Origin: Octopus vulgaris
Taxonomy: Eukaryota
Assembly (NCBI GenBank): GCA_951406725.2
Contig: OX597820.1
Coordinates: 103,478,001-103,542,000, forward strand
Reading direction: 5' to 3'
DNA length: 64,000 nt
In this document: positions 40,799 through 52,696 of the stretch, in pieces
Layout of the letters: every line of letters starts with the position of its first letter
Position numbering within the stretch: position 1 is the first letter of the stretch
The notes under the pieces: generated by a model
The model's input: the letters and a program-made list of their open reading frames with translations, nothing else
What the model was told of the DNA's origin: nothing
Database searches by the model: none
Program-made: the position numbers and the translations under genes

Positions 40799-41487
40799 GC
40801 ACACACACAAATACATATATATATATGTATAATTATATTAATCAAAGGACACAATAAAGTGTATATCCGCTAGAAATAAGAGTTAAAATTCTCATTTGGA
40901 CCATTAAAAATTACACTGAAAGTAACAGATACAACAGTATTCGGGCGACGAACCGAAAAAGATCTCTCACATACCATTATAGCATAAAATTAAATATTTA
41001 ATGGAACAAGTATACATGTAAACCGGTTTCTGGTTTCACATAAAATTTTACCTTACTCAGCATACTTTACCCTTAGAAACGTTGAAAGCTGCTGTAATTT
41101 TTGGTGGCCTAAATGATTTTTAACTCTTATTTCTAGCGGGTAGACACTTCAGCGTGTCCTTTGATTAATATAATTTTAATTTTATAGCTATATAACGCTA
41201 ATATAGGCCAGCAACCAACTATATTAATATTGTTATTATTATAATAATAATAATAATAATAATATCTAATGTAAATATTCAACTCTGAATATATATATAT
41301 ATATATACAACTCTACATATATATACGACAGGTCTCTTTCAATTTCTGTATACCAAATCCACTCACAAAGCTTTGGTCGGCCCGAGGCTATAGCAGAAGA
41401 TACTTGCGCAAGGTGCCAAGCAGTGGGACTGAACCCGGAACCATCTGGTTGGTAAGCAAGCTTCTCGCCGAACAGCCACTCCTACGC
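40565..41487 (-). mobile_element. Family-A SINE split by an inverted-repeat insertion (40831-41175) in its internal microsatellite
   Basis: 3' half at 40565-40745, 5' half at 41325-41487. Confidence 0.8.
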
Positions 41488-42591
41488 TCCTAGATAATAT
41501 TTTCATATTTGATTCCCAATTCTAATAACTTTTATATTTTACGTCTAATTATTTCTTTGTATAATAGTGCTCACTTGCTTAGTAAATATTGCTTTCATTA
41601 TTTTATTGCTTTCATTATTTTATGTGATAAAATAATGAAAGCAATATTTACTAAGCATAATCTCTCTTTTAAACAAACATCACGGTAGTCCAACAACAGA
41701 GGGAGAGGCAGTTTGTCAAGAATTACTTTCCCCTCAAAGCAATATAGTGATTTCAATTCAGCTGCCCATTTGTAAGCTTTGCAGTGTATGTGTGTGTAAG
41801 AGAGAGTGGGAGAGGGAATATTGCAAACAATGAATGAAACATGAAATGAAAAATTCGTATAAATAAAAGGGCATTACTACAGATGTATATTCCACCGAAT
41901 TTGTTGCCTCATAGCATCCAGGAAAATGGATACTTTTTAAGGGGTATTTTCTACAAATACCCCTTAGATGTTGTGGCTTCAGAGTATATAGGGATTTATG
42001 AGAAAGAATTTTTCCGAAGAGCTAGAGAGAGAGACGAATTTCGGAAAATTCACACGATCTGGCATTTTTCCGTCAAAACTTTCAGGAAGATGGATATCTT
42101 TTAATGAAAATTTATACAAATTCTTTTCAATTGTCATAAATTACGATTATAAAGAAATTTGTGGAGAAAATTTTTTCGGGGATTTTTTCCATCTTTTTAA
42201 ACCACAACCTTCGAAATGATGGGGTTGGGGGAGGGCATCTTTGTATGAAAAAAGCTTTGAAAACTCTTTCTAACACCCCGCTTCCTCATCATCCCACTCC
42301 GGATCTATTCTGGCCAAGTTTTCTTTTTTCTTTTGCACTTTAAAGGCATTTGGTAAGGGCATTTTTGGTAAGAATAAAATAATAGAAAATTGTTAATATT
42401 TTCAGAGGGAAAAGTGAGTGTTTAAGGACGATTTGGTTGTTGTTTCTAGCACATCCAAAGACAACCCACCTCGTTTCGTTATCACTCTCGCATGTATTAA
42501 TGAAAAATTTTCTCCCATAAATGCATTTATATGCTATAAAAAAATTTGAGAAATTATGAATTTTTTGCAACCCTACTCCCTGCCCCCGAGT

Positions 42592-43814
42592 GTTTCTGTT
42601 TAGAAATTAAAATATCGGTCATTGCTGGCATTTATCTACAGTGATTTAAAAAATTACGGAGATGTACTTGCATAGCAAGTGACTTGATTTGAGATCGTGT
42701 GCTGAAACAAAAACAATTGTAGCGCGGAAGATGTTTGTAAGTCATTCAAGAACTCACAAAAACCGTTTGTTTCGCTTACTTCAACATTAAAATTTCATTT
42801 GTGTCAAAATATTTTCGTTGCTTTAAAACCGCGACCTGTTCACTGACAAAACTTCACAAAAGTTATGCAGCACGAAGTTTTGTCAGTAAACAGCACACGC
42901 GCGCGCATGCACGCACGCACGCACACATACACCCACATTCATTGCCTTTTATTTATGTGTATGTATATCTATGTGTGCGCGCAAGTGTGTATTGGTGTGT
43001 GTGTGTGTGTTGTTGTTGAAGTCGCTCGTGCAAATTGTTTGTGTATATATTGGCTCAGTGGTACAGAGTGTTTGGAAACTGAATAAGGTGCAAGTTTCGA
43101 GTACTTGTCGGTAAATTTTTTTTCTCCTTGTCTTCTAATAGTAATTACCAGCTTTCTAGGCTCTTCTCACAGCTATCCCGCGTTCAAAAATTTCACTCAA
43201 TAAATAAAGTTTTTACATTACGTATACTTTAATAGAATAAAATGTCGGTTTTCCAAATAGCAAATTAAAACTTAATAAAGAAAGTGAGAGATTTTGCAAA
43301 TGAAAATGGAATACTCCGTAGTGAATGCAATGAATATTTAAATTTGTGATGATTGGACGCAATGAATATTTAAATTTGAGAGAAATTTAAATTGGAGTTA
43401 AAAAATTGAATAAACTTGAGAAATCGAAATTATAGGAAATTTCTTAGAATATGTATTTATAAAAATATTTCCAGACAGTCAACCCTTTAATAATCGCTTT
43501 CTTTTAGTACTGTTAGTAATTGTTACATATATATATATCACCACTCAGCGTAAGCAGTTCTTCTGGGGTGGAACTGAAAGTAGACGGCTGATTTTTAATA
43601 TAGCTTTCTTTTTCTTACTTGCTTTCTTTATTTCTTTTTTGTTCTTTCAATTGCACCAGCTATCTTATACTACACCAATAAACAGTAATAGACAGCAGGC
43701 ATTCGTCTTTGAACCAAAACAAAATTTAATTCCCAAAATTAACCTTCGTCTACAAAATTTCAGTTGAGTCCCAAGATATTCCAGAAAATATTTAATATAG
43801 CTTTCTCCATTATA

Positions 43815-43817
<3 letters not shown>
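42592..43817 (-). mobile_element. Copy 2 of the ~1-kb Helitron-like repeat, with an extra ~270 bp near its 5' end
   Basis: Collinear with 21258-22251; same gctttctccattatagt end. Confidence 0.65.
42802..42848 (-). ncRNA. Minimal hammerhead-like motif with compensatory G3-C8 core
   Basis: TGTCA-GTGAACA-G-GTCGC(9 nt)GCAAC-GAA-AATATT-T-TGACA. Confidence 0.6.
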
Positions 43818-43885
<68 letters not shown>

Positions 43886-44616
43886 TGTGTGTGTGCGCGC
43901 GTGTGTGCAGACATACATACATTCATCAACTTTCTAATGTCCCTGATTTGTGAATGTTGTTTTTCTTGATGCAACATTTCAAATAACACGCATACTTTTA
44001 AGCTAAAGACACCAGTTATTACTAGTTGCATCGCACAAACTTTACTTTATTTAGAAATTTCCAGTCAAGGAAAGAACTTGAATGCTACTGTTCAAAAATT
44101 TCATTTATATATTTCTATTCTACAGCTGTGAGACCGGGATAATTACAGAAATACTTGCAAAAGAGATAACCTCTAAACATCGCAGTCTTTCACACGTTAC
44201 ATTTGGAGTTTCATTTCCAGAAATAGTTAAATAATAAATTGCTAATTGCAAAAGTTTGAAGTTTCTCAGTTGATAACATTTTACGTTTTTTTTTTTAATA
44301 AACAGTTTAATTTAGTTTACGTTATAAGAATGTAGATACTTCGAGAGATATAAAATTATTTGTTTTTTACAATCACGTCTAGAAATCGAAGATTTCATTA
44401 TATTAGATAAACAATCGATATATCTTTGAGATTATTAAGTTCTTTGAGTGTATTAAGTTTTAATATTTAAATACAAAAAAAAAAAACAGAGAAAGGAAAC
44501 AAAAAGAAAAGAAAAAGGGGTGCAAGTAACATAATATGGAATGGGATGAAGACAATGGATCTCACACCCCAGAACGAATGGTGTGGTCAGTTGCGCCCTA
44601 CCGTAATTAATTCGGT

Positions 44617-44751
44617 GGCGCTGCCGCGATGGCGTTGCCGCGATGGCGTTGCCGCGATAGCGTTGCCGCGATGGCGTTGCCGCGATGGCGTTGCCGCGAT
44701 GGCGTTGCCGCGATGGCGTTGCCGCGATGGCGTTGCCGCGATGGCGTTGTC
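44617..44751. repeat. 14-bp GC-rich minisatellite (ggcgttgccgcgat) x9.5
   Basis: Counted directly. Confidence 0.95.
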
Positions 44752-45004
44752 ACTTCACCATGCGGTGCTCATTTCTCAGAGAAATCGCCGTTTGCCCGAT
44801 TCTGCGGAGGAAATCAGTAGTTTTTTTTTTATTTCATTTTATTGGGTTACAAAATCCATTGGACTGAAAATGTCGGAAGCTGGCACCCTTCGACGTTTCC
44901 TAACTAAAGAATTTTTAACTCAACATTTACACGTATTATTTATAGCTTTATTTTTGATTCCCATACCAAATTGAGGAGGATATAAACACTGGGATTTTTC
45001 CCAG

Positions 45005-45370
45005 AAACGTCATCGTGCGTAGATTCGATCAGGTCCACCAGTTCCCCCCACCCCATCGCTGGCGGTCCAGTCTCAGCCCCTCTACATCCTTCGAGATGAT
45101 ATCGAACCTCTGGTGAACTTCCTTAATCAAACCCAAGCATCTGGTGCGGAGTCCGTCAAGGGGGCCCTTTCCAGCTCGCAACCGCTGCGTCGAATGAGTG
45201 TAAGGCCCTGGTAGTGTGATCTAGCAGGAGGCGGAGGACATATCCGTACCAGTGCATCCGGCGAGTGTTGGGAGGCTGCGGGATTATGCTTGCGCGCACG
45301 CATTTCTGTGTTAGAAACGTGATGGTAGCATGTGATGTTCTCGATGGTTCTCAGGGCTCTGCAATACAAC
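45005..45370 (-). mobile_element. RTE-clade LINE C-terminal fragment
   Basis: RALRTIENITCYHHVSNTEMRAR followed (after frameshifts) by W.GYVLR and RP.G.RTR-like motifs. Confidence 0.7.
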
Positions 45371-46208
45371 CGAAATAATCCACATTCAAAACTTTTCCTG
45401 TATGCGTGTGTGCTATATTAAAAATCAGCCTCTACTTTGAGTTCCACCCCAGAAGAGCTGCTCACGCTGAGTGGTGATATATATATATATTTACATATTT
45501 GTATTAGAAATTTATAAAGATGTGTGTATGTGTGGGTAGGCACACTCCCACTATTTTTTGGAATATCTTGGGACTCAACTGAAATTTTGTAGACGAAGGT
45601 TAATTTTGGGAATTAAATTTTGTTTTGGTTCAAAGACGAATGCCTGCTGTCTATTACTGTTTATTGGTGTAGTATAAGATAGCTGGTGCAATTGAAAGAA
45701 CAAAGACGAAATAAAGAAAGCAAGTAAGAAAAAGAAAGGAATTTCTACGGCATCAAACGAGAAAAGAGGCCTCCAAGAAGGAAAAAATTTGGCCTTAACT
45801 TCTTTCTTTTTTCCGTCTGTCTGTATGTATGTATGTATGTATGTAGGTATGTATGTATATATGTATGTATATATGTATGTATATATGTATGTATGTATGT
45901 ATGTATCCATGCATGTATGTACACATGTATGAGAGACCCCCTAGTCCTTGTTAGGACATCATTCGAAGATAAGGAAAACTCTGACGTAAAACATGCGATT
46001 CGTTGACAGCCAACGACGTTGGATAGTTCTTCTATTTCGGGTATCCGTCATCGTCGTTCACACCGGGATTGGCTGTGTGCAAGGCCTCCCATCACTTTAA
46101 AAAAAGCATCATGCACATGCATTGCTTGGCATAGCAGCAGGCTCCAGCATTGGTTCAAACCATGTATGTATGTATGTATGTATGTATGTATGTATGTATG
46201 TATGTATG

Positions 46209-46281
<73 letters not shown>

Positions 46282-46723
46282 GTCTGTCTATCTATACATA
46301 CATACATGAACGTACGTACGGACATACCTATATATGTATGTATTTTTGCATGCATGTATATAGACATAACTGTGTGATAAGAAGTTTGCTTCTAAACACA
46401 TGGTTTTTGTTCAATCCCACTGCGTAGCAGCTTGGGCAAGCTTGGACAAATATCTTCTACTATACACGGAATTGGATTTGGTAGACGGAAACTGAAAGAA
46501 ACCTGTCGTGTGCGTATATAAGAAAAAAGAAAACCTTTGTTGCAGCGCACCTAATTAGTACTCTATATGATCAAAATATAACATAAATCAAAGTGAGATT
46601 ACAGATTTTCGTAGGTCAAGTTCAGTTCCTTTATCGTGGGAATACAAAATTCATAAAATGTTCATCGAGATATTAGGTTTCAAGCGCTCCAATTTTACAA
46701 TCCAAAGAAAAACAGTAGTACAA

Positions 46724-46808
46724 AACCTTACGATCGTTTCGAGGAATACGTTTGCATTGGGCGAATTTTCCAGCCGATACAAATAGTCGCATTTCTCTCA
46801 TCAGGGAT
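46724..46808 (-). ncRNA. Type-I hammerhead ribozyme motif with canonical core in a Penelope-like terminus
   Basis: atcc-CTGATGA-GAGAAATGCG..CGTATTCCTC-GAA-ACGATCGT-A-aggt; long stem II, palindromic stem III, GUA site; first stem-I pair mismatched. Confidence 0.7.
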
Positions 46809-46983
46809 ATATAAAAAAAGTCGATTAAAAGAGTTCATAACTTTGAGAAAGCTTAAAATATCTCCTAGTTACAGAACTTGAGGTCATATTGAGTAACGGT
46901 TATATTTTTTAAAAGTATTATAGTATTTTAAAAAAAGTTCGCAAGGATATAGAAAAAGGCTTTGTAAATTGAAAAAAGCTTCA

Positions 46984-48280
46984 TTTTTTTTATTGCCCAC
47001 CAGGGGCTAACTTAGATGGAACATTACAATCTGAGGGGTCAGGTACAACGATATGAGATTTACATAAAAATGCAGTTGAAAATTAAATGCAACACATGCA
47101 ACGAATGATGACAACAAAACGGACAACACAGATGGAGTGGTGTTTGGGTTCAGCTCCGACCCCACGAGATCCTATTCACCTATACCCGGAAGACACTTTT
47201 TTGGCATATTCACACGGGCACATTCACTCGTAACACTCGTGCTACATATTTCCATCTTTCGTTGAACATTTTCTCCGACAGACACCTCTCCTCCAGCCAT
47301 TCCTTTTCAAATGGAAAGTGAAATACCTTTGCAAAGTAAGGCCAGAGATAAAGCTGTTTGTCTCCTCATGTCAGTCTTGTCCTCTATACCGCCTCTTTCA
47401 CTATTGCTACTACGGCGAGAAAACAATTCTTACCTTCATTTGACAGAAAATCAGGCGGGTCAATTTTTATATTTAACTCAGTCGATAGTTATATTCTTCT
47501 TGTACCAGACAACAGATGTTCCACATAAGCCCACATCTCCGACACCTCCGGAGACTAAACAATAGCGTGCGGGACAGTTTCCTATCCCGCTAACATCTTG
47601 GGCAGGTTGGCGTGTTGCACTGACCATGTCTTGCAAGCTTATTCCGAACAGGCAAGGCTCCTCTGTAACATTACCAGGTCAAGGACTTTTAGAATTTATC
47701 CAGCGTCCTCAACCCAAATGCACGGAAAAACAGACTGTCGAGTCGAATTTACTCGAGACCCAGAATCTCCCCCAAGGCATCGTCACATCCAGCCTCTACC
47801 GACCCTCTATAGAAAGCTGCTGTTGAACCACCACCGCTGGCATTACCCAAGCGACGGAACAGCAGGAGGGCCTTGCGACACTCCGTATGCCATTCACTCA
47901 ACCGAGATCTACGAAAGCACCAGGCTTCCCGTCCACTGAAACTAGCGAACGAGGGAAACATTTGTTTCGCCAGCGGATACCACACTTGTTCACCATCCAG
48001 AAGGATCCAGAGATGTCTGCGCATCAACAGCCAAGGCATCCCTAGTCCTCTCTTTAACGGTCTTTGACAGCAAATAGAACGTTTTACAAGTGGATTCGGG
48101 CCCTTCCACAAAAAGCGAAAGGGCTGTGTTTCTAGCTTGGTCACCCATGAATCCGGGCAAGGAACGACGGCTAGGCGGTAGGTATTGACCAATGCAATGA
48201 ACACATTGGCTACTTCCGACCTCCCTTTCAGGGACAGCCACCGCCAAGACTAGGTCCTGGCTATGTAAGCTACCCTGCTC
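46984..48280 (-). mobile_element. 5'-truncated L1/Tx1-like LINE (ORF2 C-terminus and 3'UTR)
   Basis: ..FRFLWKGPNPLVKRSICCQRPLKRGLGMP (post-RT L1/Tx1 motif), ETVPHAIV zinc-finger remnant, 3' end ..cccctggtgggcaataaaaaaaa. Confidence 0.85.
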
Positions 48281-48286
48281 GAAATA

Positions 48287-48327
<41 letters not shown>

Positions 48328-48932
48328 AAAGTCATAAATGACAAAGAAATATTTTGATGAACTTTTATTCAACAATAAGAAAACCCCAAAATCGCGACAA
48401 ATTTATATAATCTTATCTAATAATAAATATATTACTTACATATCTGCATTAATACAAAATGCAAAAAATTCGTTGACTTAAATTTATACACACACACACA
48501 CATATATATATACTCATATATATGTACGTATGTATACATGCATGTATGTATACACCTATGTGTTTGTGTCTTCGGGCTTTGTGTATGACAACCGATATTG
48601 GTTTGTTTACGCACATGTAACTTAGCGGAGCGGCAAAAAGGAGGCAATTGGAGTAAGTATTGGGGGCGATTTGTTCAAGGTGGCGTCACAGTGTGGCCGC
48701 TGCCCAATTACAGAAATGAGTAAATGTCTGTGTGTGTATGTGTGTAGGTATGTGTGTTAGAGAGTATGCATGGATATAGATAGGTTTTCTTAAATGCCAC
48801 ATTCGAGTTATCTCCCCTTTCACCTCACACTTGCACCTCCCACCACCTTCGCTTCTTCACATTTCCCTTCCACGGACAATACGATTACACTTACACGCCA
48901 TTCTCTCCCCCTTCCCTCACTATCTCACGCCA

Positions 48933-49566
48933 CTGGTGGATTCCTCCTTTTCGCCTTCGGCCCAGTGCGTCCATGCTGCCAACAAAGCACGCGGAATTCT
49001 GTTCTTGATTCGACGGTCATTCGGAATGCTCACAGCAGCCATATTCCTACCGCTCTATGTCACGCTGGTGAGACCCATATTGGAGTACGGGATTCAAGCC
49101 TCTTCTCCTTATCTCCTCAAAGACATACAGCATCTCGAAAGAGTCCAGAAGCTGGCTACCCGCATGGTTCTTGGTCTCAAGCGTTTGTCTTATGAAGAAA
49201 GGCTGAAGACGCTCGACCTTTATTCTCTAGAAAAACGACGACGCCGTGGAGATCTCATTCTTGCTCACAACATCATAAGCGGAAAGTGTAACCTCTCGAA
49301 AGAGCTGTTCTTCACTCCTGCTCCAGAGCGTCGGCTGCGGGGTCATTCCGAAAAGCTCTATCTGCGACGATTTCATCTCAATCGAAGGAGAGGGGCTTTC
49401 TCCGTCCGGGTTGCGGATCCGTGGAATAAGCTGCCAGACGAGATGGTTCAAAGTCCCTTGACCTCAAGTGGCCTGAACTCTTTACATGAACACCACCCTG
49501 TACATAACTCTATGTCCCCCTACATGGCCTTGCTTTTTGCTTTTTGAGCCAAAAAATTAACTAACT
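48933..49566 (+). mobile_element. 5'-truncated CR1-clade LINE inserted in a Penelope-like remnant
   Basis: LYVTLVRPILEYG..LERVQKLATRMV..LSYEERLK.L.LYSLEKRRRRGDLI..RGH..FSVRVADPWNKLP; tail aactaact. Flanks join into a GIY-YIG-like HATAL..H remnant. Confidence 0.92.
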
Positions 49567-49953
49567 GCACTCCCATACTTGCACACGTCTATAAACTTAC
49601 ATACATCCCAAGAGAACACACGCACCCAATACAACAACATATATCTCCTCTTACTCTCATCCTTATACACAGATGCTTTCTTATACATGCACATACCACA
49701 CCGTCTCCTCCTCCATTCCCAACTCCCTTATAGAACTGCATTCCCCTTTGGCCCCAAACCCCTCTCTCTTTTCATCTTTAGTTTTTCTTTCCCGCCAACT
49801 TTTCTCATTTTTCTTTTCTATTTTCTATTTTCTTTTTTTTTTTTTTTGTGATGAAGGCCTAGGGTCCGAATGATCTCTTCCTTTATTTTTAAGCATTATA
49901 CTAATACAGCATTTCTCCCTCGCATGTCTAATTTTTGTGCTAATTACTTCATA
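49567..49953 (+). mobile_element. Penelope-like 3' remnant
   Basis: RTAFPFGPK GIY-YIG tail-like peptide, then decayed gtgatga-aggcctagggtcc-gaa motif at ~49848-49870. Confidence 0.5.
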
Positions 49954-49958
49954 CATAC

Positions 49959-50033
<75 letters not shown>

Positions 50034-50135
50034 CCGGAGTAAACACATAAATGTGAAACAAGGTGGAAAAGAGTACTCAAATACCAGGGGTAGAGTACTA
50101 TGCTTTATTTAAAAGCAGCCGAAATTCAACAATAC

Positions 50136-50173
50136 CTGTTACTCGGAGTTTCATGTACCCGTTCGTCGGACAG
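50136..50173 (-). ncRNA. Minimal hammerhead-like motif (U4C core)
   Basis: CTGT-CCGACGA-ACG(GGTA)CAT-GAA-ACTC(C)GAGT-A-ACAG. Confidence 0.6.
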
Positions 50174-50267
50174 TATTGTTAAAAAAAAAAGCAACATTTC
50201 TCCCTCGCATGTCTAATTTTTGTGCTAATTACTTCATATATTTATGTGTTTACTCCGGTATATATAC

Positions 50268-50320
<53 letters not shown>

Positions 50321-50508
50321 TGTGTGTGTGTGTGTGTGCATGCATACGTACGCACGCGCACACACACATTGTTTTCTAAGAATCTATATAGGTGAAGACA
50401 AACACAGACAAACACAGACACAAAGAGAAAGAAACATAAATACATACATCAATATATATATACATATATACATATATATATATACATACACACACACATA
50501 TATATATA

Positions 50509-50564
<56 letters not shown>

Positions 50565-50721
50565 ATTCTTCTAGTTTGCATCTACCAAATCCATTAACAA
50601 GGCTTTGGTCGGTTCGACACTATAGAAGCAGACACCTGCCCAAGGTGCCACGCAGTGGGACTGAACCTATAGCCATGTGGTTGGAAAGCAACTTCTTACC
50701 ACACAGCCATGTCTGCGCCTT

Positions 50722-50753
<32 letters not shown>

Positions 50754-51090
50754 TCCGTTTATATGCTTATGCACATGTTGTATACACACACACACACACA
50801 TCAAACACACGCACACACACATATTCTCTCTCTCCCCTCTCTCTCCTTTCTCTCACTCTATCTGTCTCTTTGTCTCTCTGTCTCTCTGTCTCTCTCTCTC
50901 TCTCTGAGATGTGTATATGGGTGGCTTTATCTAAGTAACTCTTCAGACAATCTCTCTTCTTGCTTGTTAACGATGTTTTCGCTGGGACCACCCAGTGGGA
51001 GATTGCGATTTTCTATCACATTACCGCTATACAATGCTTATGAAGGTGACTTTTCAAAAGACACTGTATACGTGGAAAGAAAGTATCAAC

Positions 51091-51150
<60 letters not shown>

Positions 51151-51464
51151 TAATGGATATATGTGTGTGTGTGTATTAAGGGAGGTATGGATATATGCAT
51201 AGATGCAGGCTTGCAAACATAGTCATGCAGACACATAGCTAAACAAGCATATAAAAATTACAGGCATGCATTAAGATAATATTTTCTTGCTGCATTATTA
51301 GGCAGCTGGTGTGTGCATGTGTGTGTGTGTGTGTGTGTCTGTGTGTGTGTGTGTGAAATTATTAAATGCACGTAAAACAGCCAGAAAGCTATGTGTTCAA
51401 AGAACGGTGTACACGTCATTTATATATATATATATGTGCGTGTGTATGTATGTATGTATGTATG

Positions 51465-51499
<35 letters not shown>

Positions 51500-51519
51500 G
51501 CATGTATGTATGTATGTAT

Positions 51520-51562
<43 letters not shown>

Positions 51563-51699
51563 ATACATATATATGTATGTGTGTATATATATATATCCTC
51601 TTGCTCCTCCTCCCCCATTCCCGTCGTCCATCTGCGACGATACTTCCGTCGTAACTGCTATCCTGTCTTTTCTCGCCCGCCTTCTAAGGCTACTGGTCG

Positions 51700-52230
51700 A
51701 CATTCTTTCTCTCTCGTCGTCCACTATAATCCAGCGTTTGCAATACTTTTTTCGTCTGGCGTTAACAGCCCTTCTTATCTTGTTCTCCTTGTCCTGTCTC
51801 TCACTGTTATATATTTATTTTTCCACTGTTTATATATATATTTTTTACTGTTTATATGTTTGTACTGTCGTTACCGTCTTGCTTTTTTTACCCCTCTGCG
51901 AAAAGATCTCAGAATTTTAATTGATTTGCTTTTCGCAGGAAGGAAGTTTTCTTCGAAGTATACGTCTCGCTTTTATCCTTCGAAACGTTTAGTAGATGAA
52001 ACCTTAGCGACTGAAGAAGGGGATTTTTCGTTGTGCTTATTGTCCTGTATCTCTTTTTTTTGCTTGTCTTGTTCCTTGGTTTGTGTCTATGTTTTTCGTC
52101 TCTCTATGTGTTCGACGTCTTTTTGGTGTCCTGTACACATATATGCGTGTATATGTACATGTAGAGGTAGGTACGTACATATATATTTATATATATGCAT
52201 ATGTTCTATTTTATTAACATATATATATAT
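51700..52230 (+). mobile_element. Unclassified dispersed repeat with structured core (copies at 59260-59760 (-) and partial 11638-11830)
   Basis: Shared blocks ttttacccctctgc, gcaggaagga, ccttcgaaac, ctgaNgaaRgg, ggtgtcctgtac, catgtaga..tacgtacata. Confidence 0.7.
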
Positions 52231-52235
52231 ATACA

Positions 52236-52610
52236 CACTTGCGTCAGAAATTAATTAGCACTTCTCAAATTTCTACATTAAATAGGTTAAATCAATTAAC
52301 CTTATGAGCTGTTCAAAACGTCTTACGCGATGAGAAAACTTAGTATGGTGTGATTTCGGTCCTTGCGAGGCGCTACCTATATCTATTAAACAAAGGAAGA
52401 TTTGTCTGCATCCGCACTCCAAGTTGTTGCACTGCTATGTCAACATCATAAGGCTGTAGACTCTCAAACTGCTCTGCAAACAAAGTTACGTCATCGTTCT
52501 GCGCAACAGTGAACTCGCAACAAAGCAATAGTTCGAGATATGGCCACTAGGTGACAGCACATACCTTGAGTGAAGAGCAAATCAAGGGTGCTAATTAATT
52601 TCTGACGGTA

Positions 52611-52613
<3 letters not shown>
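52236..52613. mobile_element. Tc1-like MITE, ~378 bp
   Basis: TIRs cact..cgtcagaaattaattagcac / gtgctaattaatttctgacggtagtg, in TA context. Confidence 0.8.
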
Positions 52614-52679
<66 letters not shown>

Positions 52680-52696
52680 TGTGTGTGTGTGTATGT

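Noticed and set aside
44546-44974. ORF with MALPRWRCRDGVAA repeats; possible CRISPR-like array
   Set aside because: 14-bp tandem unit that is not a multiple of 3 and has no spacers; a minisatellite.
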